DNA of 64,000 nucleotides from Pseudomonadota bacterium (GTDB lineage Bacteria; Myxococcota; JACRCW01; JAFGSX01): NCBI GenBank assembly GCA_043821645.1, contig JBDRCO010000068.1, positions 96,001 to 160,000 of the forward strand, read 5' to 3'. Shown piece by piece: positions 56,873 to 64,000 of this stretch (position 1 is its first letter; each line of letters starts with the position of its first letter). The notes under the pieces were generated by a model. It saw only the letters and a program-made list of their open reading frames with translations, ran no database searches and was not told where the DNA came from. The position numbers and the translations under genes were made by a program.

Positions 56873-58492
56873 TCAACCGTTGAGCATGCGCGGCAGCATC
56901 TTGAACACCCAGCCCAGGCCCTTGAGCCGCTTCCAAACGCTGCGCGACAGGTGCATGTCCGCCAGGCCCAGGATGGCGTCGAAGGTCTGGCGGCTGTGCG
57001 GGTGCCACCAGATGTCCTTCTTGACCAGGGGCAGGTAGTGCTTGATCAGCACCTGGGGTTCGGTCATCTCGTCGAAGCCGATCTGGCCATGGGTGCGGCC
57101 GATGCCGCTGTTCTTGAAGCCGCCCCAGGGCGTCTCGGCCAGGCCGTGGCTCATCAGGTGGTCGTTGAAGGTGATGGCACCGGCCTGGATGCGCCGGCCC
57201 AGCTTCTCGGCGTAGGCCTGGTTGCGCGACCACACGGATCCGGTGAGCCCCAGGTCCGAGTCGTTGGCCAGCTCCACCGCCTGGTCCATGCTGTCGACCT
57301 TCATCACCGCGAGCACCGGTCCAAAGGTCTCCTCGCGCATGGTGCGCATGGTGTGGTTGACCTCGGTGAGCACCGTGGCCGGCATGAACTGGCCGCCGCC
57401 GCCCTTGGGGGCCTCGCTCTGGGCGTAGATGACCGCACCCTTGCCCAGGGCGTCGTCGATGTGCTCCTGCACGGTCTGCATCTGGCCGCGGGTGGTCATG
57501 GCGCCCAGGTCCACGTTGAAGTCGCTGTCCGGGCCCACGCGCAGGGCGCGCACCTTGGTCGCCAGCAGGTCCAAGAAGGGCTGGTACACGTCCTTGTGCA
57601 CGTAGATGCGCTCGACGCCACCGCAGCTCTGGCCGCAGTTGGACAGGCCCGCCCACACCGCGCCGCTGCTGGCGCGCTCGAGGTCGGCGTCGGGGCACAC
57701 CAGCATGGCGTCGTTGCCGCCCAGCTCCAGGGACACGGGCGTCAGGGTCTCGGCGGCCTTGGCCATGAGCTTCTTGCCCACGGGCACCGAGCCGGTGAAG
57801 AACAGCTTGTCGATGCCCGCCTCGAACAGGGCGTCGCCGGCGATGGCACCGGGCAGGTTGATGAAGTGGAACAGCCCCTCGGGCACACCGCCCCCGCGCA
57901 GGCAGGTCTCGATGGCCTTGCCCACCATCAGGGTCTGGCTGGCGGTCTTGAGGATGACCGCGTTGCCCGCGAGCAGGGCCTTGCACACCTCGTGAAAGGG
58001 GATGCCAAAGGGGTAGTTCCAGGGCGACACGATGCCGATGACGCCAAAGGGCACGCGCACCAGCTTGCTCCACTTGTAGACCCTGAACAGCAGGGCGCCG
58101 CCGTGCAGCGGCTGGTCGCGCAGCCAGCCCGGGGCCTTCTTGCAGTAGGTGTCGATGGACAGCGCGGTCGCCACCACCTCGGTGGCCAGGGCATCGACGC
58201 GCACCTTGCCGTTGTCCCGGCACACGGTCTCGGCCAGCTCCTCGGCGTGCTCGACGATGTAGTCGCGCACCTTGAGCATGACCTTGCAGCGCACGCGCAC
58301 CGGTGTCTGCGCCCACACCTTCTGCGCCACCCGGGCCTCGCCCACCGCGCGCTGCAGATCCTCGACGCTGTGCAGGGGCACCTCGCCGATCTTGTCGCCG
58401 GTGGCCGGGTTGAAGGCCTCGGTCACCTTCTTGCTCGCCGCGGCCTTGCCATTGCCATTGCCCTTGTGTGCGCTGTGCTCGCTGCTGACCAT
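56873..58492 (-). CDS. Aldehyde dehydrogenase family protein
   Basis: SPWNYP, FTGS, LELGG, GQSC, EETFGP. Confidence 0.95.
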   Translation of the reverse strand: MVSSEHSAHKGNGNGKAAASKKVTEAFNPATGDKIGEVPLHSVEDLQRAVGEARVAQKVWAQTPVRVRCKVMLKVRDYIVEHAEELAETVCRDNGKVRVDALATEVVATALSIDTYCKKAPGWLRDQPLHGGALLFRVYKWSKLVRVPFGVIGIVSPWNYPFGIPFHEVCKALLAGNAVILKTASQTLMVGKAIETCLRGGGVPEGLFHFINLPGAIAGDALFEAGIDKLFFTGSVPVGKKLMAKAAETLTPVSLELGGNDAMLVCPDADLERASSGAVWAGLSNCGQSCGGVERIYVHKDVYQPFLDLLATKVRALRVGPDSDFNVDLGAMTTRGQMQTVQEHIDDALGKGAVIYAQSEAPKGGGGQFMPATVLTEVNHTMRTMREETFGPVLAVMKVDSMDQAVELANDSDLGLTGSVWSRNQAYAEKLGRRIQAGAITFNDHLMSHGLAETPWGGFKNSGIGRTHGQIGFDEMTEPQVLIKHYLPLVKKDIWWHPHSRQTFDAILGLADMHLSRSVWKRLKGLGWVFKMLPRMLNG

Positions 58493-58557
58493 GTGTGAAC
58501 TCCCTGGTGATGCCGTGAAGCCCCGCGCCCGCAGGCGACAGGGCGTGCTCGTCGAGA

Positions 58558-59415
58558 CTAGGCGCGGACCTCGCGCAGGTGCGGGGTCCCCCGAGGCTCC
58601 GCAGGCCGCCCCACGAAGTCCTCCATGCACTTGTTGATACCCAGGATGTCGACCACGACGTCGAACACCCGCACGGGCAGCAACCCGCGCAGCAAGAAGT
58701 CCGTGTACACGATGCGCGGCATGAACAGCCGCGGGCTGTCCTTCTGGATGGCGCACACGATCTTGCCTGCCACGTACTCCTCCTTGAGGATGGGCAGCAT
58801 GAAGCCGAAGCGCGTCTTGACCCCCGCGAACATGCCGGTGTCGATGTAGTAGGGGCAGACCACGGTGGTGCGCACCCCCGGCGCCTGCTCCCGCATCTCC
58901 ATGCGCAGGCACTCGTCAAAGCCAAAGGCCGCGAACTTGCTGGCGCTGTAGTCGCTCATCTTGGCGGATCCGAGCAGTCCGCCGGCCGACGACACGTTGA
59001 CGATGTGGCCCTGGTTGCGCTCCACCATCTGCGGCAAGAAAGCCTTGGTCACCCAGAACAGGGCCAGGGTGTTGACCTTGAGGGTGCGCTCGATCTGCTG
59101 GTCGGGCAGGTCCAGCAGGCGCTTGCCGCTGACGATGCCCGCGTTGTTGACCAGGATGTCGACCCGGCCCACCTCGGCATTGACCCGCGTGGCCACGTCG
59201 TAGACCTGGGTGCGCTCACTGACGTCGCACAGGTAGCCGTGGTGGACGCGGCCGGTGTCCGCACGCAGCTCCTCGACCACCCTGTCCAGGGCGCTGTGAT
59301 TGATGTCCCACACGATGATCTCGGCGCCCAGCCCGGCGAGCTTGCGCGCCAGCAGGCGGCCGATGCCACTGGCTCCCCCGGTGATCAGGACCTTCTTCCC
59401 GGCGACATGAGTCAT
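58558..59415 (-). CDS. Short-chain dehydrogenase/reductase
   Basis: TGGASGIG, NNAG, YSASK. Confidence 0.95.
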   Translation of the reverse strand: MTHVAGKKVLITGGASGIGRLLARKLAGLGAEIIVWDINHSALDRVVEELRADTGRVHHGYLCDVSERTQVYDVATRVNAEVGRVDILVNNAGIVSGKRLLDLPDQQIERTLKVNTLALFWVTKAFLPQMVERNQGHIVNVSSAGGLLGSAKMSDYSASKFAAFGFDECLRMEMREQAPGVRTTVVCPYYIDTGMFAGVKTRFGFMLPILKEEYVAGKIVCAIQKDSPRLFMPRIVYTDFLLRGLLPVRVFDVVVDILGINKCMEDFVGRPAEPRGTPHLREVRA

Positions 59416-59766
59416 GCGCACCTCGCGGCTGGCAAGTGATACAGGCACCCCCGGCACAGGCCTTTCATCCCGCCCGTCAACCGCGCCAGGCAGGGCGTGG
59501 CGGGCTTGCCAGAGCGGAATGCCGCTGTGCGTCATATGACGACATCTCAAGCAGAAGCTCCTGTCAAGCAGCGGCCTCTGTGGTGGCCTGAGGGCTTTCT
59601 TCGGTGAATCGACGGACCTGCCATGCCTGTCAGGTGATGCTGGAAACCGCATGCGCGCATGCAGGGCAGGGCGGCTGTTACCCCCCCGGATCGATGCTCA
59701 AGCGAGCTCTCTTCTCACTTCAGATTTACATGACAAAAACAATGTAAATATCTATTAAATATACAT

Positions 59767-59788
59767 TATAATGCTAATTATCATTCTC
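59767..59788. promoter_or_regulatory. Overlapping Fur-like boxes over a TATAAT hexamer
   Basis: TATAATGCTAATTATCATT (+) and GAGAATGATAATTAGCATT (-) each match 14/19 to GATAATGATAATCATTATC. Confidence 0.55.
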
Positions 59789-60007
59789 ATGAATGAACCG
59801 CCGACCCACACCGTCCCAGGTAACAAGCGACTTGAGCGTTTTGCACGGCGAACGCTGGAAACCCTCCGAGCTTCGCGTTCACACCACCAAGAGGTGGCAG
59901 CGACCTGACATTCGTGTCAGCTTCGGCTCGTCGGAAAAAACCGCCGCGTGTGTCCCCTGACCGCCCATCTGCCCGAAATATGAACACAAAACCGGGTCCT
60001 CGCGACC

Positions 60008-60023
60008 TGGCAAGGTTCCTGCT
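60008..60023 (+). promoter_or_regulatory. Sigma54 -24/-12 promoter
   Basis: TGGCAAGGTTCCTGCT (GG-N10-GC), about 40 nt before ATG 60065. Confidence 0.65.
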
Positions 60024-60064
60024 CATGGACCAGGCAACACGCGCACCCACGGTGGAGGATTTCA

Positions 60065-61324
60065 ATGCGCCATTCCAATCTGGCCCTGGCCCTGCTGGCA
60101 GCCACCCTGACCCTGGCAAGCCAGGGTTGCATCATCATCTCCATCCAGGACTGGGACGACGACAACAATTCCTGCGACGGCTACGGCTGTAGCGACCAGG
60201 CCTGCCCGCCGGACGCCGTGTGGATCTATGGCGAGTGCCAGGACCCGCGCGCCGACTTCGACGGCGACGGCCTGGTCAACGGTGAAGAGGCCGGCTGCGG
60301 TACCGACCCCGCCACCTACGACAGCAACGGCGACGGCATGGCCGATGGCGAGGCGGATGCCGACCGCGATGGCCTGGCCAATGCGCACGAGACCGCCGCC
60401 GGCTGCTCCTGCCAAAACCCGGACAGCGATGGCAATGGCGAGCTCGACGGCAACGAGGACGCCGACGGCGACGGGCTGGACGCCGCCCTGGAGCAAGCCC
60501 TGGGCACGGATCCCGGCATGTACGACTCTGACTACGACGGCGTGGGCGACGGCGACGAGGACTTTGACGGTGATGGCCTGAGCAATGCCGGGGAGTCCAT
60601 CACCGGCAGCGATCCACGCAACGCCGATTCGGACTTCGATGGCCAGCTCGATGGCGCCGAGGATCCCGATGGCGACGGCCTCAGCAATGCCGCCGAGATC
60701 CGCGCGGGCACGGATCCGAACAGCGCGGACAGTGACGGCGACGGCGAGCTCGACGGCGACGAGGACCTGGATGGCGATGGCCTCACCACCAGCACCGAGC
60801 TGCGCGCCGGCACGGATCCGAACAGCGTCGACACCGACCAGGACGGCGTGCCCGATGGCCACGAGGACCTGGACGGCGATGGCATCAACAACTTCGACGA
60901 GCAGTGTGACGGCACAGATCCCCGCATCCCCGACGGCCCGGGCTGGAACCAGGACAGCGACCAGGACGGCCTGAGCGATGCCGCCGAGCAGGCCTGCGGC
61001 ACCGACGCCTTTGCCTACGACAGCGACGGCAATGGCCGCGGCGACGCTTACGAGGACGCGGACGGAGACGGCGTGCCCAATGGCGAGGAGGAGCAGTTCA
61101 ACGGCACCGGTTGCCTCAACCCGGACAGCGACGGCGACGGCACCAACGATGGCGCCGAGGTGGCTTCCCTGCGCGATCCCCTGGTTCCAGATGGCGGCCC
61201 GGTCACCGACTACGGCCTCTACGAGTGCGGCTGCTGCGCGTCCATGCTGCCGGGTTCGGCCAGCCTGTCAGGACTGCTGCTGGGCTTCGGCCTGGTCCTG
61301 CGCCGGCGTCGCCACGCAGCCTGA
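60065..61324 (+). CDS. Acidic Ca-binding repeat surface protein with MYXO-CTERM-like tail (paralog of 48519-49619)
   Basis: DxDGDGLxN..E...GTDP repeats; lipobox SQGC; CGCC-hydrophobic-RRRR tail. Confidence 0.85.
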   Translation: MRHSNLALALLAATLTLASQGCIIISIQDWDDDNNSCDGYGCSDQACPPDAVWIYGECQDPRADFDGDGLVNGEEAGCGTDPATYDSNGDGMADGEADADRDGLANAHETAAGCSCQNPDSDGNGELDGNEDADGDGLDAALEQALGTDPGMYDSDYDGVGDGDEDFDGDGLSNAGESITGSDPRNADSDFDGQLDGAEDPDGDGLSNAAEIRAGTDPNSADSDGDGELDGDEDLDGDGLTTSTELRAGTDPNSVDTDQDGVPDGHEDLDGDGINNFDEQCDGTDPRIPDGPGWNQDSDQDGLSDAAEQACGTDAFAYDSDGNGRGDAYEDADGDGVPNGEEEQFNGTGCLNPDSDGDGTNDGAEVASLRDPLVPDGGPVTDYGLYECGCCASMLPGSASLSGLLLGFGLVLRRRRHAA

Positions 61325-61387
61325 GCACCCCAGGTCAGGCCGCGCTCGGATACCTACCTCGTCGCCACCCCGACATCAGACCGTGTA

Positions 61388-62683
61388 TCAGTGAATCTCG
61401 CCGTAACGTTGCCTCAGCGCATCGAGGGAGTCGCTGAGTGTGCTGGCGGCCGCGTCGGCGAAGGCACGGCGCTCGGCATCGATGGCTGTCTGCTCACTGT
61501 CGACGTAGAGCAGGGCATCCACCCCGCCGGGGCCGAGCACGGGCAAGACCAGCCATTGCCGGGGCGCCGGCGCACCGAGGAATCCCAGCAGGATGCGATC
61601 GATGGCGTCCATGCGCTCGGGGTCGCCAGCCACCACCTGGCGTGTGGTGTAGGCCAGGCGCAGGGTCGACGGGGGAGTCAAGGGCAGCAGCACGTCGCGG
61701 ATGCGCTGGCTATCCAGGTGCGGCCCACCACCGTCCCAGCCCACGGCCAGGTCATGACGGACCAGGAACACTGCCACGTGGGCAAAGCGCGAGGTCAGCG
61801 AGGGCAAGAGCTGCGCGCTCACGCTGTCCCGCGCGCGCCTGACCTCGTCCTTGTTCACCACGCCTTGCCAGCCCTCGACGGGATCCCGGGTTGTCGCCGG
61901 GGAGTGCCAGCCAGGAACGCGCGCCGCCGCCACAGGTTTCCCGGGCAGGGTCGGCATGAGCGGAGGGTCTTGCTGCAAGGCGAAGGGCGCGGGGGTGAGC
62001 TCGTCGTCAAACTCCGCGTCGCTGAGCTGGACACTGGCCAGGCTGGCCAGCAAGGGCGACTTGCTGCCGTCGCCGAACACGCCGGATCCGGGATCGCTAT
62101 GGGGCGGTTCCTCCCACACCAGGTCGCGGTGAACAGGGATGCCGCCGCTGCTGGCGGTGCGGATACCCACCGCGGGCAAGTGCACGTCCCGAGGGGGTGG
62201 CAGCACTGCTGTCTCGAGCGCGTGCTCGAGGGTGAAGCCTGCCATGGGCGTCGGAGGTGGCACCCGGTAGGCGTCAAACAGGGTTCCAAAAAGCGCACGC
62301 GGCCGCGCCACGTAGGGCTCGACCGCGAGGCTGGTGAACAGGGCCAGATCCTCGATGGCGCGGTCGTCCGACGGATCCAGCATGGCCACATGCAAGCGGT
62401 TGCCACTGCGCAAAAAGGGCACCAGGCAGCAATCCTCGGCCAGGCGACTGGGCACCAGGGCCAGCACGCGCGCCGGAGGCAAGATCGCGAGCTGGGCTGT
62501 GGCGTCGCGGGCGCCGAGTTCGAGCAGGGTGCTAAACACCAGCTCCTCGGCCACCACGCCTGACAGGTGCAGACGCAGCGCGAACAGGCGGCCCCGCAGC
62601 GCAGGCGAGCGCATGATCGTGTCGACCGCGCTCGCGTCGAGCACGCCACGACGAACCAGTTCGGTGGTCAGGCGCGAGGGCAT
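61388..62683 (-). CDS. GspE/PilB N-terminal domain protein (FrgA-like)
   Basis: LALVP..LAE...LVP......LHVAMLDPSD...IEDL (GSPII-E N-domain), Pro-rich linker, C-terminal GAF-like region (LLYVD). Confidence 0.7.
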   Translation of the reverse strand: MPSRLTTELVRRGVLDASAVDTIMRSPALRGRLFALRLHLSGVVAEELVFSTLLELGARDATAQLAILPPARVLALVPSRLAEDCCLVPFLRSGNRLHVAMLDPSDDRAIEDLALFTSLAVEPYVARPRALFGTLFDAYRVPPPTPMAGFTLEHALETAVLPPPRDVHLPAVGIRTASSGGIPVHRDLVWEEPPHSDPGSGVFGDGSKSPLLASLASVQLSDAEFDDELTPAPFALQQDPPLMPTLPGKPVAAARVPGWHSPATTRDPVEGWQGVVNKDEVRRARDSVSAQLLPSLTSRFAHVAVFLVRHDLAVGWDGGGPHLDSQRIRDVLLPLTPPSTLRLAYTTRQVVAGDPERMDAIDRILLGFLGAPAPRQWLVLPVLGPGGVDALLYVDSEQTAIDAERRAFADAAASTLSDSLDALRQRYGEIH

Positions 62684-62867
62684 GCGGTCCTGGCTTCTCT
62701 CGGCGGGCTCCGTCGGTCCCTCGCTCGTCGAGAGAGCATCTCGCCGAGCATCACCCTGGGAGCGTTTGGCCGCATGCTAGGGACGGGGGCGCGCAAAGGT
62801 CAAGACCACACAGCTTGACGCGATGAGCGGGGCCATCTAAGTGCAGGGAGCGCCAGCGAGGAACGCC

Positions 62868-64000
62868 ATGTCGCCACGCCTGTACTGTGACCACAACGCC
62901 ACCAGCCCGGTGCCCCCCGAGGTGCGTGCGGCGATGATCAAGGCCCTGGGGGAGCCCCTGGGCAATCCCTCGAGCGTGCACGCCGCCGGACAGCGCTCGG
63001 CCGAGCTGCTCGAGCGCGCACGGGGTGAGGTGGCCGAGGCCGTGGCTGTCGACGCCGCGCAGGTGCTGTTCACCAGCGGAGGCAGCGAGTCCAACGCACT
63101 GGCCCTGGCTGGCGTGGTTCATGGCAGCCGGCGCAGCGCGGTCGCGGTGAGTGCGGTCGAGCACCCATCCGTGCTCGAGGCGGCGCGCGTGCTGTGCCAG
63201 CGAACCGAGCGCGAACTGCGGCTGCTGCCTGTGGGTCGCAGCGGTCACGTCGAGGTCGAGGCCGCCAGCCGCCTCATTGACGACAGCGTGGCCCTGGTGT
63301 CGGTGCAGTATGCCAACCACGAGACCGGCGCGGTGCAGCCCATCGCCGAGCTCGGCGCGCTGGCGCGGCACCATGGCTGCCTGTTTCACGTCGACGCGGC
63401 GCAAGGTCTGGGCCGCCTGAAGCTGGACCTCGCCGAGTTCGAACTGGACCTGATGAGTCTTTCCGGGCACAAGGCCGGCGCCCCCGCAGGTATTGGCGCA
63501 CTGGTGGTACGGCCGGGGGTACCGCTGCAGCCGCTGTTCTATCGCGGCCACCAGGAGCGCGGTCTGCGCGCCGGCACCCCGAATCTGCTCGGTGCCGTGG
63601 GGCTGGGCGCTGCCTGCAAGTTGCTGGTGCCGCGAAGCCTGACCGCCTGCGCGCGCCTGCGCAGCCTGCGCGACCAGCTGGCGCAGCAACTCGAAGCGCG
63701 CGTGCCGCACACCGTGGTGCTGACCCCGCGTAGCCCGGCCGTGCTGGCCCAGACCCTGTGCCTTGCCTTCGAGGGCGCACACGCCGAGGCCGTGGTGGCC
63801 GAGCTGGATCAGCGCGGGGTGGCCGCCTCGGCCGGTGCCGCCTGCCGCGCCGGACAGAGCGACCCCTCGAGCGTGCTGCTGGCCATGGGGGTGGCACCCG
63901 AGCTGGCGCTGTGTGCGGTGCGCTTCTCCCTAGGGCCGGAGCATGCGGTGGCCGACATCGAGCAGGTCATCGCGGCCACGGTGGAGGCAGTCGCCGCAGT
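62868..64000 (+). CDS. Cysteine desulfurase (IscS/NifS group I), 3'-truncated
   Basis: Read directly from DNA: YCDHNATSP, GNPSSVH, FTSGGSESN, EHPSV, HVDAAQ, SGHK, RAGT, SAGAAC. Confidence 0.93.
   Translation, partial: MSPRLYCDHNATSPVPPEVRAAMIKALGEPLGNPSSVHAAGQRSAELLERARGEVAEAVAVDAAQVLFTSGGSESNALALAGVVHGSRRSAVAVSAVEHPSVLEAARVLCQRTERELRLLPVGRSGHVEVEAASRLIDDSVALVSVQYANHETGAVQPIAELGALARHHGCLFHVDAAQGLGRLKLDLAEFELDLMSLSGHKAGAPAGIGALVVRPGVPLQPLFYRGHQERGLRAGTPNLLGAVGLGAACKLLVPRSLTACARLRSLRDQLAQQLEARVPHTVVLTPRSPAVLAQTLCLAFEGAHAEAVVAELDQRGVAASAGAACRAGQSDPSSVLLAMGVAPELALCAVRFSLGPEHAVADIEQVIAATVEAVAA

Noticed and set aside
59751-59777. ATAATGTATATT core identical to the centre of E. coli dif on the minus strand
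   Set aside because: The flanking XerD arm does not match; likely a chance match in AT-rich DNA
59840-59880. c-di-GMP-I riboswitch
   Set aside because: Only a loose GGCGAAC/GGAAAC resemblance; the paired stems and GCAAAG element are missing

Overview
High-GC chromosomal window, most consistent with a Myxococcota/deltaproteobacterial genome (MYXO-CTERM-like C-terminal anchors, TIGR02266-type PilZ protein, MXAN_6640-like protease, Cys-rich lipoproteins). It holds housekeeping and cofactor genes (thiC, hemE-hemN-hemH-hemG-hemA, a second hemA-like paralog, rlmD-like methyltransferase, cysteine desulfurase, tRNA-Val(GAC)), many signalling genes (sigma54 regulator, Crp/Fnr, Ser/Thr kinase, ECF sigma/anti-sigma, several two-component proteins) and many secreted or surface proteins. 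I saw no CRISPR array, integrase, transposase or prophage. The best candidates for novelty are: (1) a ~1200-aa SulP/SLC26 transporter with a CxxCH heme-c motif in a large inserted loop and four tandem Cys/His-decorated STAS domains, facing a two-component cluster; (2) several signal-peptide-less, effector-like genes that share a sigma28-like promoter element; (3) twin divergent HemA paralogs; (4) an AT-rich island with overlapping Fur-like boxes followed by a hairpin-rich non-coding stretch; (5) two paralogous Ca-binding repeat lipoproteins, each with a sigma54 promoter. All family assignments come from motifs recognised by eye, not from database searches.
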